Shown here: positions 31,998 to 43,752 of the stretch, piece after piece | Layout: the number at the start of each line of letters is the position of its first letter | Numbering within the stretch: the stretch's first letter is position 1 | Source: an uncultured Candidatus Binatia bacterium | GTDB taxonomy: Bacteria > Desulfobacterota > Binatia > UBA9968 > JAJDTQ01 | NCBI GenBank assembly: GCA_965242525.1 | Contig: OZ251459.1 | Coordinates: forward strand, 2,137,515 to 2,201,514 | Direction: 5' to 3' | DNA length: 64,000 nt | Program-made: the position numbers and the translations under genes | Notes under the pieces: generated by a model | Told to the model about the DNA's origin: nothing | The model's input: the letters and a program-made list of their open reading frames with translations, nothing else | Databases searched by the model: none

Positions 31998-32720
31998 CTA
32001 CAGGCTGAACCCCTCGCCCAGATAGACCTTGCGGGCCTCGTCGCTGGAAGCGATGTGGCCCGGGGTCCCCTCGGCGAGCACCACCCCCCGGCTCAGGATG
32101 TAGGCCCGGGTGCAGAGCCGGAGGGTCTCCCTGACGTTATGGTCCGTGATGAGTATGCCGATGCCGGACTCGGTGAGCCGCCGGATGACCGACTCGATGT
32201 CCGCCAGGGCGATGGGGTCCACCCCGGTGAAGGGCTCGTCCAGGAGCACGAAGAAAGGCGACAGCACCAGCGCCCGGGCGATTTCCACGCGCCGCCGCTC
32301 GCCGCCGGACAGGGTGTCGGCCCTCCGGTCGGCCAAGTGGACGAGGCCGAACGTCCCCAGGAGCCGGCGGCTCCGTTCCTCCTCCTCTTCCTTGCCGAGC
32401 CGCAGGGTCTCCAGTATGGCCAACAGGTTCTGCCTGACCGTCAGGCCCCGGAACACCGAAGACTCCTGGGGCAGGTAGCTGATGCCGGCCCTGGCCCGAC
32501 GGTAGATGGGCGCCGCGGTCAGGTCGGTCCCGTTGAGGGCGACCTTCCCTTCGTCGGCCCGGACCAGGCCGATCACGATGTGGAACAGGGTGGTCTTGCC
32601 CGCCCCGTTGGGACCCAGGAGCCCCACGACCTCGCCACCGTGGACCTCCAGCGTGACCCGGTCCACCACACGCCGCCCCTGATATGCCTTGACGATTCCT
32701 TCCGCGTTGAGAACGCTCAT
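31998..32720 (-). CDS. lptB: LPS export ABC transporter ATP-binding protein
   Basis: Walker A GPNGAGKTT, signature LSGGERRRVEIARAL, and Walker B FVLLDEPF. It sits between lptA and rpoN. Confidence 0.9.
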   Translation of the reverse strand: MSVLNAEGIVKAYQGRRVVDRVTLEVHGGEVVGLLGPNGAGKTTLFHIVIGLVRADEGKVALNGTDLTAAPIYRRARAGISYLPQESSVFRGLTVRQNLLAILETLRLGKEEEEERSRRLLGTFGLVHLADRRADTLSGGERRRVEIARALVLSPFFVLLDEPFTGVDPIALADIESVIRRLTESGIGILITDHNVRETLRLCTRAYILSRGVVLAEGTPGHIASSDEARKVYLGEGFSL

Positions 32721-32741
32721 GGGGGAGCTACCCGGCGGGCC

Positions 32742-33326
32742 TCAACGGTTCCACTGGCCGGGAAAGATGACCGCCTTGACCCGTCCGCCGCGGTTCTCGA
32801 CGACGCTGCGGTCCTCTTTCAGGTAGATGGTGACGCGGCCGCCCGAGACGCTGTTGTCGCCGTCGCGCATGACCGTGTTCCCGGACACGGTGATGGTCTC
32901 GTTCGAGTCGTCGAAAACCGCCTTGTCGCCGGTCATCTCGCGGGCGCCCTGGCTCACCCGCACCTTCCCTTCGGCCACCACGGTCTTCAACGATCCGTCC
33001 CCGGGGTCGTAGCGCGCCGACAGGACGTCGCTGCGGATCTTCACGTCGCCCCGCTCCGCCAGCACGTTCCCCCTATAGACGATGAGGTTCTCCTTGCGGC
33101 GGAGCTCCATGCGGTCCGCGGTGATCACCAGGGGCGACTCCCGGTCCGGGGCGGCGCGGCCCGGGGCCGGCTTCGGGGCGTCCGGGCCGTCGTCCGCGGC
33201 CCAGCCCGCGGGACCCGCGGCGTGGAGCGCAACCAGCACCGCAAGACACGCCAACCGCCATCGCCGTCCCGGGCCGGACGGCTTCCCGTGAGGGACCTCC
33301 GTTCCGTGAGTCGTGGGGCGCTTCAT
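32742..33326 (-). CDS. lptA: LPS transport periplasmic protein LptA (OstA-like domain)
   Basis: Signal-peptide-like N-terminus followed by OstA-type beta-jellyroll repeats (ITADRMEL...VYRGNV...GDKAVFD...). Its position between lptC and lptB supports the call. Confidence 0.75.
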   Translation of the reverse strand: MKRPTTHGTEVPHGKPSGPGRRWRLACLAVLVALHAAGPAGWAADDGPDAPKPAPGRAAPDRESPLVITADRMELRRKENLIVYRGNVLAERGDVKIRSDVLSARYDPGDGSLKTVVAEGKVRVSQGAREMTGDKAVFDDSNETITVSGNTVMRDGDNSVSGGRVTIYLKEDRSVVENRGGRVKAVIFPGQWNR

Positions 33327-33348
33327 GGAGCCGTACCCGGTCCTCCGG

Positions 33349-33942
33349 TCAACTCCCGGCCACGTTCGCCAGGACCGGGCGCCGCGGCGGAAGGGTGGTC
33401 CTGACCGCGCCCCGGACCTCCAGGACCTCGTCCCGGAGCGAATAGCTCATGTCCCGGCCCTCGAACTCCACCCCGTCCACCCTGGCCCGGAACTTGCCGG
33501 GGCAGACCACCCGCTCCTCGGCGTGGAGGTAGATGAGCCGGTCGGCCCGGAACCGCGCGTTGTCGTAGGTCACGTCCACCGGACCTTCCAGCACCGCCCG
33601 TCCCAGTCGGCCGCGGGGAAGGAACACTTTCCCCTCCGGGCTCGCGGCTTCCAGGGTCTTGCCGTCCGGATGGTGGAACACCAGTTCCGGGCGCACGATC
33701 ACCGCCCTTTCCTCGGACTCGTACCAGGCGCCTTCGGCGCCCTTGACCTCCCAGGTCTTCCGTCCGTCCTCGATCATGCTCCGATGGAAGTCCTTGACGT
33801 GCAGGGCCGCTCCCGGGGTGAGTTGCAACAGGGCCCGGGGATCCGGAAGCGCCTGCCCCCGCATGTGCCGCGCGACCTCGACGACCACGAAGGCCACGCC
33901 CAGAGCCGTGGCCAGCAAGAGTCCTGTCCTTACGGACCGCAT
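33349..33942 (-). CDS. lptC: LPS export system protein LptC
   Basis: 197 aa from the ATG verified at 33942. It has an N-terminal TM helix (LLLATALGVAFVVV) then a beta-rich domain. The call rests on synteny upstream of lptA. Confidence 0.65.
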   Translation of the reverse strand: MRSVRTGLLLATALGVAFVVVEVARHMRGQALPDPRALLQLTPGAALHVKDFHRSMIEDGRKTWEVKGAEGAWYESEERAVIVRPELVFHHPDGKTLEAASPEGKVFLPRGRLGRAVLEGPVDVTYDNARFRADRLIYLHAEERVVCPGKFRARVDGVEFEGRDMSYSLRDEVLEVRGAVRTTLPPRRPVLANVAGS

Positions 33943-34085
33943 ACGTTCGACCTGCGGGCATTCCCCCGCACGACGCCCTGCCGGTTTCGGGATAACAGTT
34001 CCGCGGTGGAGTGTAAAGCAACGGGCATGGGAACGGGCATGGAATTTGCTTGAACGCCCCGGGTCCGCGGGCGGCGCCCGGGGGG

Positions 34086-35072
34086 TCAGACCACGCCGGC
34101 CTTGAGGAGGTCGTGGAGGTGGATGATCCCCTGGGGCCGGTCCGAGTCGGGAGCCTTGACGAAGAGGGAGGTGATGGAGAACCTTTCCATCAACGCCACC
34201 GCTTCCGCGGCCAGCGCCTCGCCGCCGATGGTCTTGGGGTCCCGGGTCATGATCTCCCCGGCCGTGCAGTCGAGGACGTCCGCCTTGCCGCCGCTCCGAG
34301 CGAGGCAGCGTCTCAGGTCCCCGTCGGTGATGATCCCCGCCAGCGCGCGGTTTCGGGTCACGACCCCGGTGACCCCCAGGCGCTTGGACGTGATCTCCAG
34401 CAGCACGTCCCTGAGCGGCGTGTCTTCGCCGACCAGGGGTATTTCCTCGCCCCGATGCATCAGGTCCCCGGTGCGAAGGAGCAGCTTCCGGCCCAACGCG
34501 CCGCCGGGGTGCCGGAGCAGGAAGTCCTCCTTCCCGAACCCCCGGCGCTCCAGCAGCACCACCGCAAGGGCGTCCCCCATGGCCAGGGCCGCGGTAGTGC
34601 TCGCGGTGGGCGACAGCCCCAGGGGGCAGGCTTCCTCGGGGACCCCCACGTCCAGGACCACGTCCGCGGCCAAGGCCAGGGCCGAACGTCCGTTGCCGGT
34701 CATGGCGATGAGCTTGAGTCCCCAACGCTTGACGAAGGGCAGGACCTTCAGCACCTCTTCGGACTCGCCGCTGTTGGACACCGCCAGGACCACGTCGTCC
34801 CGCATGATCATGCCCAGGTCCCCGTGGCTGGCTTCCCCGGCGTGGAGGAAGAAGGCGGGGGCGCCGGTGCTCGCCAGCGTGGCGGCGATCTTGCGGCAGA
34901 CGAGGCCCGACTTGCCCACGCCCGTCACGATGACCTTGCCGGGACAGCCGCGGAGGATCTCCACCGCCCGGGCGAACTCTTCGCCCATGCGGTCCCTGGC
35001 CGCGGCGATCCCGCGGATCTCCATGTCCAGCACGTCACGGGCCTTGCGGACCGCGTCCGGCGCCCCGCCCAT
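34086..35072 (-). CDS. kdsD: Arabinose-5-phosphate isomerase (SIS + tandem CBS)
   Basis: VTGVGKSGLVCRKIAATLASTGAPAFFLHAGEASHGDLGM, with a C-terminal CBS pair. Confidence 0.9.
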   Translation of the reverse strand: MGGAPDAVRKARDVLDMEIRGIAAARDRMGEEFARAVEILRGCPGKVIVTGVGKSGLVCRKIAATLASTGAPAFFLHAGEASHGDLGMIMRDDVVLAVSNSGESEEVLKVLPFVKRWGLKLIAMTGNGRSALALAADVVLDVGVPEEACPLGLSPTASTTAALAMGDALAVVLLERRGFGKEDFLLRHPGGALGRKLLLRTGDLMHRGEEIPLVGEDTPLRDVLLEITSKRLGVTGVVTRNRALAGIITDGDLRRCLARSGGKADVLDCTAGEIMTRDPKTIGGEALAAEAVALMERFSITSLFVKAPDSDRPQGIIHLHDLLKAGVV

Positions 35073-35073
35073 G

Positions 35074-35906
35074 TCATCCGCTCCCGTGTTGCTTGACCCG
35101 GCGGTCGATGTCCTTGACGGTCCGCAGCAACTCGTCCAGGCCGGACAGGGGGAAGGAGGTGGGGCCGTCGCTCAGCGCCCGATCCGGGTCTTCGTGCACT
35201 TCCATGAAGAGGCCGTCCACCCCCACCGCCACCCCCGCCCGGGCGAGGGGCGCGATGAACCGCCGGTCGCCGCCCGACGCCCGGCCCAGGCCGCCGGGAA
35301 GCTGCAAGCTGTGGGTTGCGTCGAAGACCACCGGGAAACCCGTGTCCCGCATGATGACCAGCGAGCGCATGTCCGACACCAGGTTGTTGTAGCCGAAGGA
35401 GGCCCCGCGCTCGGTCAGCAGCACGTTGGCGTTGCCCGCGGCCACGATCTTGGCCGCCACGTTCTCCACGTCCCAGGGAGCGAGGAACTGGCCCTTCTTC
35501 ACGTTGACGACCTTGGCGGCCCGGGCCACTCCCGCGACGAAGTCGGTCTGCCGGCAGAGGAACGCGGGGATCTGGACCACGTCCGCCACTTCCGCGGCCG
35601 GCCCCACCTGGTCGGGCTCGTGCACGTCCGTGAGCACCGGGACCCCCAACTCCCGCTTCACCTCCTGCAGTATGCGCAACCCTTCGTCGAGGCCCGGACC
35701 CCGGAACGATTCCAGCGAAGTGCGGTTGGCCTTGTCGTAGGACGACTTGTAGATGAACGGGATGTCCAGGCGCCGGGTCAGCTCGCGCAGGTACGACGCG
35801 TGCCGGAACGCCGAGTCCCGGTCCTCGATGACGCACGAACCGGCGATCAGGGCCAGCGGCCGGCCGCCGCCCACCCGGACCTCGCCGATGCGGACCTCGC
35901 CGGCGC

Positions 35907-35910
<4 letters not shown>
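35074..35910 (-). CDS. kdsA: 3-deoxy-8-phosphooctulonate synthase
   Basis: [25 protein letters not shown] and [12 protein letters not shown]. The ATG at 35908-35910 was verified and forms an ATGA overlap with the pyrG stop. Confidence 0.9.
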
Positions 35911-37557
<1,647 letters not shown>

Positions 37558-37565
<8 letters not shown>

Positions 37566-38313
37566 GGCCCTCACTCGCCCGGACTCGGCTCCAGTAGGCC
37601 TCCGCCCGTTCCAGGTCCTCCGGCGTATCGACTTCCACCCCCGTCTCCGCGGCGTCCACGACCCGGATGCGGAAACCGTAGTGCAGGACGCGCAACTGCT
37701 CCAACCCCTCGGCCAGCTCCGCCGCCGCCGCGGGCATGGAGGCGATGCGCAGCAGGAACTCCCGCCGATAGACGTAGATGCCCAGGTGGCGATGGCCCCA
37801 GCATACGGGCTCCGCGGGCGGCGTCCGGGGCCAGGGGATCGGCGCCCGGGAGAAATAGCACGCGAAGCCGTCCCGGTCGGTCACCACCTTGACCACGTTC
37901 ACGTCGCGGAACTCGCGCTCCGAGGCGATGGGGGTGCGCGCGGTCGCCATGGGCGCGGCCGGGTCCCGCACCAGGCAATCGACGCTCTCGCGGATGGTCT
38001 CCGTCCGAATGAACGGAAGGTCCCCCTGGACGTTGACGATCCACTCCGCCCGGAGGTCTCCGGCGACCTCGGCCAGGCGGTCGGTGCCGCTCGCGTGGTC
38101 CCCGGATGTCATTACCGCCTCTCCGCCAAAGCCCCGCACCGCGTCCAGGATGCGCGGGTCGTCGGTGGCCACCAGGGTGCGGCGGACCAGGGGCGCGTTG
38201 GCCGTGCTCTCGTACACGTGCTGGATCATCGGCTTGGCGCCGATCCTGGCCAGGGGTTTTCCGGGGAACCGCGTCGATCCGTAACGCGCCGGTATGATCG
38301 CTACGACGGACAT
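37558..38313 (-). CDS. kdsB: 3-deoxy-manno-octulosonate cytidylyltransferase (CMP-Kdo synthetase)
   Basis: [20 protein letters not shown] and [15 protein letters not shown]. The ATG at 38311-38313 was verified. Confidence 0.9.
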
Positions 38314-38416
38314 GGGGTTCGACGCGACGGCAGGCAGCGAGGGGACGCCCCGACGCCGGATACGCCGATGGTCCGCGGCATCATATCCCCGGCCCGTGGA
38401 AACTGTCAAACCGAAG

Positions 38417-38573
38417 GAGCCGGTAACGACCGAGACATCCGGGATGGATCCCCTCCCCCTGGCCTTCCTGTCCCCGTTCGTCCTGACACTCCTATTCCCG
38501 TTCGTCCTGAGCGTAGCGAAGCGAAGTCGAAGGACGCGCTCATGCCCCCTGTCCCGATTGTCAAGAGGTTTCC
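38417..38573 (-). mobile_element. MITE-like element, copy 2 (157 nt, inverted orientation)
   Basis: It contains CCGTTCGTCCTGAGCGTAGCGAAGCGAAGTCGAAGGACGCG (the reverse complement of the copy-1 core) and ends in TGTCCCGATTGTCAAGAGGTTTCC. The left end ...CGACCGAGACA is a degenerate TIR. Confidence 0.6.
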
Positions 38574-38733
38574 GAAGTCCGCCCGGAGGTCCGGGCGCGG
38601 GGAATCAACTTGATTTCGACGCGGATTTTCTATATCGTGCCGCCATCCGTCAACTTGCCGGGTGGCGCGGGGGCGGGGCGGTTTGCAAAGACTCCCGTGC
38701 ATGGTCGGCGCGCGCTGCCAAGGAGGAGTGGAG

Positions 38734-38916
38734 ATGGAATTGCCGAAATGTCAGAAATGCGGCAATGGCACGTTGATCCCCCTGTCGGACTATGGCCAGG
38801 ACGGCGCTTCCGTGATGTACAAGGCCTGGGTCTGCACCATGCCTGATTGCGGGTTCTCCCTCAGGATAGACAAGGGCGAGGTCAGCTTCGGGCGCAAGAT
38901 CGACCTGAAGCGCTAG
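38734..38916 (+). CDS. Small zinc-ribbon protein (60 aa)
   Basis: CQKCG...CTMPDCG form two CxxC pairs. The ATG at 38734 is preceded by AAGGAGGAG. Confidence 0.4.
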   Translation: MELPKCQKCGNGTLIPLSDYGQDGASVMYKAWVCTMPDCGFSLRIDKGEVSFGRKIDLKR

Positions 38917-38976
38917 TGCGGGACGGCGCGCCGGACGGGGGCGCCCCGCGGCGCCGAACCGTCAGCACCCGGATCG

Positions 38977-39699
38977 TCAGCCCTTGTCCCGGCTCGCGAA
39001 GAAGTTCGCCAACCGCGTAACCCCGTACTGCGCCGCGGCGCCGGTGGACCACTCCGCGGTGTCCCGGAAGAACGCCTTGGCGGCCCGGAGGCCCTGTAGG
39101 TCGCGGCTCGCCAGGGTCTCCATCCAGCGCCGCTTCTCCTCCGCCAGCCGCTCCGGCGGCGCCACCCGGTTCACCAGGCCTTGCCGCTCGGCCTCCTGTG
39201 CGCTGACCTCGCCTCCGGTCAGGACCAGTTCCAGGGCCTTCTTCCGGTGCATCCATCGGCTCAGGTAGGACATGACCACGGTGGGCGGGAACCCGGCGCG
39301 GATCTCCGGGAACGCGAACCTCGCGTCGTCCGCGGCAAGTGTCACGTCGCTCTGCACCGCCAGTCCGCAGCCGAACCCGAAGGCCTTGCCCCGGACCACC
39401 GCCAGGCTGACGCCCGGGAACGATTGCAGCAACTCGTTGACGCGGACGATCCGACCGAGGGCTTCCGCCCACTGGGCGGCGTTTTCGGGCCTGGGCGCGT
39501 CCGGCTCGCGCCCGGAGCAGAAGTGGTCTCCCCTCCCCTCGATGACCAGGAGCCGGAGCCCCTTGTCCGCGGCCGCCTCGGCCAGGCTCTCCGTCAGCAG
39601 GGCCATGGTCTCGGAGTCCACCGCGTTGCCCTCGTCCGGACGGTTCAGAGTGAGGCTCGCCGCGTCGCCCGTCTTCTCCAGGATCACCTTGTCGGACAT
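38977..39699 (-). CDS. Enoyl-CoA hydratase/isomerase (crotonase) family protein
   Basis: 240 aa with LTLNRPDEGNAVD, GRGDHFCSGRE, FGFGCGLAVQSDVTLAADDARFAFPEIRAGF. Confidence 0.8.
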   Translation of the reverse strand: MSDKVILEKTGDAASLTLNRPDEGNAVDSETMALLTESLAEAAADKGLRLLVIEGRGDHFCSGREPDAPRPENAAQWAEALGRIVRVNELLQSFPGVSLAVVRGKAFGFGCGLAVQSDVTLAADDARFAFPEIRAGFPPTVVMSYLSRWMHRKKALELVLTGGEVSAQEAERQGLVNRVAPPERLAEEKRRWMETLASRDLQGLRAAKAFFRDTAEWSTGAAAQYGVTRLANFFASRDKG

Positions 39700-39710
39700 G
39701 GGGGGTCTCC

Positions 39711-42143
39711 CTATCCGGCCGCGCCGCGGCTCGCGCCCCGGGCCTCCCGGATGAGCGACCAGAGGTACTGCGGCGTGAGCGGGAGGCGGCGGACGGCGAC
39801 GCCCAGGGGCTTGAGCGCGTCCTCCACCGCGTTGGCCAGCACCGCGGGCGGCCCCACCGTGCCGGTCTCGCCGGCGCCCTTGAAGCCTCCGGGCGTGAAG
39901 GGGTTGGGGGTCTCGATGTGCTCCAGCACCAGCTCGGGGATCTCCATGGCCGTGGGCAGGAAATAGTCCTTGAAGCTCGCCGCCATGGGCTGGCCCTCTT
40001 CCGTGTAGGGCAACTCCTCGTAGAGCGCCCCGCCGAAACCGTGGGCCAGGGCGCCCACGTGCTGGCCCCTCACGATGAGCGGGTTCAGCATGTTGCCGCA
40101 GTCGTGGACGGAGACGAACTTCAATATCTTCAACAGGCCGGTGTCCGGCTCCACTTCCACCGCCGCGGCTTCGGCGTCGTAGGGGAAGCTGCTGAACATG
40201 GCCACGCGGCCGCGCTCGTCCGCCTCGAACTCGATGTTGGGGTCGCGGAAGTGGTACAGCACCTCCAGCCCCGGGTCCATGCCCTCGGGCAACTGGAACG
40301 GGTAGAAATAGGCGGTGCGGGCGACCTCCGACAGGGACACGGCCCGGTCCGGGCGGCCTTCGACGCACACCCCGCCGGCGGAGAACTCCAGGCCGCCCGG
40401 AGGATGCCGCAGCATGACCGAAGCGATCCCGGTGATCTTCTCCCGCAGCGCCCGCGCGGCCAGGGTCACCGCGGTGGTCCCCACCACGGAGAAGCGGCTG
40501 GAGTACGAGCCGGAGCCGTAGGGACAGGCGAGGCTGTCCCCCTCCACCACCATGACGTCGTGGAAGGAGACCCGGAGCTCGTCCCCCACGAGCTGGGAGA
40601 TGGAGGTGGCGTGGCCCTGGCCGTCGTCGCTGCCGCTCGGGAACACGTAAACCCTGCCGTTGGGGTCCATGCGCATGCGGACGCTGTAGTAGCCCGCGTT
40701 GTAGGAACCCATGCGGGTGGAGCTCGACGGCTCGATGACCAGGCAGGTCCCGACGCCCACGTAGCGCCCCCGGGCCGCGAGCTCCGCCCGGACCTTGCGC
40801 CAGTGGTCGTAGTCCAGCAGCTCCAGCGCCTTGTCCAACGCTTCCCGGTAGCGGCCGCTGTCGTAGCGCGGGCCGGTGACGGAGCGGTAGGGGAAGGCGT
40901 CCGGGGGGATGAAGTTGCGCCGCCGCACCTCCACCGGATCCATGTCCAGGCGCGCGGCGATGCGGTCCACCAGCCGTTCGATGACGAAGCAGGCTTCCGA
41001 CTTCCCGAAGCCCCGGTGCGCGCCGTAGGGGGTCTTGTTGGTGACCACCCCCAGCACCTCCCCCTGGTAGTTCTCGATGCGGTAGGCGCCGGGCACGAAC
41101 ATGCCGGTGGTGACGATGGAGGCCAGGCCGCCGGTGGGATAGGCGGCGCCGATGTTGGCCACGATCCGGTCCTTCACCCCGAGTATGGCGCCGTCCCGGC
41201 GCACCGCGGCCTCGATGTGGTGGGTCTGCTCCCGGGCGTGGATGGTGCCGGTCATGTGCTCGCTCCGGGTCTCCACCCACTTGACCGGACGGTGGGTGAG
41301 GATGGACAGCAGCGGCAGCAGGATCTCCTCCGGGTAGAACGCCCACTTCTGCCCGTAACCGCCGCCGATGCGCCGGAACATCACGTGGACCTTCAGGTCC
41401 GGGAGCGCGATGGTGTTCTCGATCAGCGTTCCGATGACGTGCCCGATCTGGGTGGTGCTCCACACCCTCAGCGTCTTGCCGCCGGCGTCGTAGCTGGCCG
41501 CCACCGCCCGGGTCTCGATGGGCGTGCCGGTGAAGCGGCCGCTGTGGATCTCTTCCCGGACGATGACGTCCGCCTCCCGGAACGCGGCCTCCACGTCCCC
41601 GCCGGACACGCGGAACGTCAGCATGACGTTGTCGTCCCAGTCCTCGTACAGGCGCTCGGCTTGGGGCTCCAGGGCCGCGGCGGAATCCACCACCGGCGGC
41701 AGGGGCTCCAGGTCCACCTCCACCAGGTCCAGGGCGTCCTCCGCCACGTAACGGTCCACCGCGGCCACCGCGGCCACGGGCTCGCCCACGAACCGCACCT
41801 TGTCCCAGGCGAGGCAGTAGTGGTCGAAGAACTTGATGGTGGGGTTGCCCCGGCGGAACGGGTCTCGGCTCTGGAACGGGAAGGGCGACAGCGGGTTGAC
41901 GTAACCGAGCCGCCGCACCTGCTCGCCGGTCAGGCCCGCCACCACGCCGGGCAACTCCAGCGCCCGGGAGAGGTCCACTCGCCGTATCCTCGCGTGGGCG
42001 GCCGGACTCCGATAGACGGCCACGTGGAGCATGTCCGGCAGGTCCACGTCGAAGGTGTAACGGGCCTCGCCCCGGAGGATGTCCGGGTCTTCCTTGCGCA
42101 CCAGGGGTTGGCCCACGAGGGGCGGGCGCTCTGCGGAGCTCAT
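39711..42143 (-). CDS. Xanthine dehydrogenase / aerobic CO dehydrogenase family, molybdopterin-binding large subunit
   Basis: 810 aa from the ATG verified at 42143. Motifs include GQPLVRKEDPDILRGEARY and GGGYGQK. Neither CODH signature I remember (AYRCSFR, AYRGAGR) is present; the corresponding segment reads YGAHRGFGKSEA. Confidence 0.85.
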   Translation of the reverse strand: MSSAERPPLVGQPLVRKEDPDILRGEARYTFDVDLPDMLHVAVYRSPAAHARIRRVDLSRALELPGVVAGLTGEQVRRLGYVNPLSPFPFQSRDPFRRGNPTIKFFDHYCLAWDKVRFVGEPVAAVAAVDRYVAEDALDLVEVDLEPLPPVVDSAAALEPQAERLYEDWDDNVMLTFRVSGGDVEAAFREADVIVREEIHSGRFTGTPIETRAVAASYDAGGKTLRVWSTTQIGHVIGTLIENTIALPDLKVHVMFRRIGGGYGQKWAFYPEEILLPLLSILTHRPVKWVETRSEHMTGTIHAREQTHHIEAAVRRDGAILGVKDRIVANIGAAYPTGGLASIVTTGMFVPGAYRIENYQGEVLGVVTNKTPYGAHRGFGKSEACFVIERLVDRIAARLDMDPVEVRRRNFIPPDAFPYRSVTGPRYDSGRYREALDKALELLDYDHWRKVRAELAARGRYVGVGTCLVIEPSSSTRMGSYNAGYYSVRMRMDPNGRVYVFPSGSDDGQGHATSISQLVGDELRVSFHDVMVVEGDSLACPYGSGSYSSRFSVVGTTAVTLAARALREKITGIASVMLRHPPGGLEFSAGGVCVEGRPDRAVSLSEVARTAYFYPFQLPEGMDPGLEVLYHFRDPNIEFEADERGRVAMFSSFPYDAEAAAVEVEPDTGLLKILKFVSVHDCGNMLNPLIVRGQHVGALAHGFGGALYEELPYTEEGQPMAASFKDYFLPTAMEIPELVLEHIETPNPFTPGGFKGAGETGTVGPPAVLANAVEDALKPLGVAVRRLPLTPQYLWSLIREARGASRGAAG

Positions 42144-42637
42144 GGAGTCCCTCCCTCGCCGCCGGCCTTCCGCCCCCGGGCCGCGGCCTCCACCGCTTCC
42201 ACCACCGGCAGGTATCCGGTGCAGCGGCACAGGTTGCCGATGATCCCCCGGCGTATCTCGTCCCGGGAGGGGTTCGGGTTCCGGGCGAGCAGCGCATGGG
42301 CGGACATGACCATGCCGGAAGTGCAGAAGCCGCACTGGAGCGCGTGGGCCTCCTGGAACGCGGCCTGCAGGGGATGGAGCCCGCCTTCCGCGGCAAGGCC
42401 CTCGATGGTGGTGAGCTCGCGCCCGTCCGCCTGCACCGCCAGGAAGGTGCAGGACTTGGCGCTCCTGCCGTCCATCACCACCGTGCACGAGCCGCAGTTG
42501 CTGGTGTCGCACCCGTAGCGCGTGCCCTTGAGGCCGATGACGTCCCGGACGTAGTCCACCAGCAGCATGCGCGGCTCGGCCTCGCCCTGGTGGAGCCTTC
42601 CGTTGACCGTGACCGAGATCTTCCGCCTAGCGGACAT
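42140..42637 (-). CDS. (2Fe-2S)-binding small subunit of the molybdoenzyme
   Basis: GCDTSNCGSCTV and ALQCGFCTSGM...GNLCRCTGY cluster motifs. ATGA overlap with the large subunit. Confidence 0.9.
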   Translation of the reverse strand: MSARRKISVTVNGRLHQGEAEPRMLLVDYVRDVIGLKGTRYGCDTSNCGSCTVVMDGRSAKSCTFLAVQADGRELTTIEGLAAEGGLHPLQAAFQEAHALQCGFCTSGMVMSAHALLARNPNPSRDEIRRGIIGNLCRCTGYLPVVEAVEAAARGRKAGGEGGTP

Positions 42638-43529
42638 GCCCTCCCTCCACCGTTTCGCCTCGATGGCGCCGCAGGGCCACGTCCACCGCCTTCCGGAACA
42701 ACGCGCCGCATACGGCCCGCTTGTAGTCGCTCGAACCGCGGACGTCGGCCAGGGGGCTCGCGGCGTCGCGGACCTGTTGGGCCGCGGCCTCCACCACGTC
42801 CGGGTCCATGCCCTGGCCCCGGAGGGTCTCCTCGGCCGCGGTCGCCCGGATGGGCGTGAGTCCGGCCGCGCCCAGGGCCACGCCGGCGTCCCGGCAGCGC
42901 CCGGACTCGTCCAGGCCGAGCTGGACCGCCACGCTGGCCACCGCGAAATCCCCGGCCCGACGCTCCAGCTTGAGGTAGGCGCCCGCGCTGCCGGCCGGCG
43001 GCAAAGGCGCCCGGACTTCCGTAATCAACTCGTCGTCGGCCAGGACCGTGGTGTAGGCATCCACGAAGAACTCCCCGGCGTCCACCACCCGGCTCCCGCG
43101 CGGTCCGACGCACACCACCTGCCCCCGCAGGGCCTGCACCACCGGACCCCAGTCCCCCGCGGGGTCTGCTTCGGCCAACGCCCCGCCCAGGGTCCCCCAA
43201 CCCCTCACCTGGGCGTCGCCGATGACTCCCGCGGCCTCGGCCATCAACCCCAGCTTCTCGCGGACCACGGGGGACGCGCCCACCTGCGCGTGCGTGGCCA
43301 GGGCGCCCACCAGCAGGAGGCCCGCGGCCTCGTCTTCCCGCACGTGCGCCAGCCCGGGAACCCGTCCGATGTCGATGACCCGGGTCGGCCGGACCAGCCG
43401 CAGCTTCATGAGCGGCACCAGGCTCTGCCCGCCGGACAGCAGCTTGGCCCCTTCTCCCGAACCCTGGAGCAGGTCGATGGCGTGTTCCACAGAATCGGCG
43501 ACGGCGTAGTCGAAGGAGGCGGGGTACAT
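42627..43529 (-). CDS. FAD-binding medium subunit of the molybdoenzyme (CoxM/CutM-like)
   Basis: FDYAVADSVEHAIDLL...KLLSGGQSLVPLMKLRL. Confidence 0.85.
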   Translation of the reverse strand: MYPASFDYAVADSVEHAIDLLQGSGEGAKLLSGGQSLVPLMKLRLVRPTRVIDIGRVPGLAHVREDEAAGLLLVGALATHAQVGASPVVREKLGLMAEAAGVIGDAQVRGWGTLGGALAEADPAGDWGPVVQALRGQVVCVGPRGSRVVDAGEFFVDAYTTVLADDELITEVRAPLPPAGSAGAYLKLERRAGDFAVASVAVQLGLDESGRCRDAGVALGAAGLTPIRATAAEETLRGQGMDPDVVEAAAQQVRDAASPLADVRGSSDYKRAVCGALFRKAVDVALRRHRGETVEGGHVR

Positions 43530-43752
43530 GGTGCGAGGACCTGACGTGAGAGACGCGACGTTGATAGCCCAACGCTACCCGTGAGTCAAACCAGGCAGGC
43601 GCAGGCCACGGAGAAAGACGCCTTCCATTGCGAACATGGTGACCGGCATCCTCCGTCCACCGGCTCGACCGGGACAGGAAGACGTGCTAAGCAGGAACCT
43701 GCGGTGGCGGGATGGACCGGGCGGGCCGTCATCGTGAGGAGGCCGAACATTC

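Noticed and set aside
30603-33404. 933-aa + strand ORF across rpoN, lptB and lptA
   Set aside because: It is antisense to three well-supported minus-strand genes and has no motifs of its own.
39918-42518. 866-aa + strand ORF across the molybdoenzyme large subunit
   Set aside because: Antisense shadow ORF. The same reasoning applies to 36006..37892, 26009..28507, 47398..49338 (-), 51684..53111 (-), 53691..56318 (-) and 19131..20768 (+).
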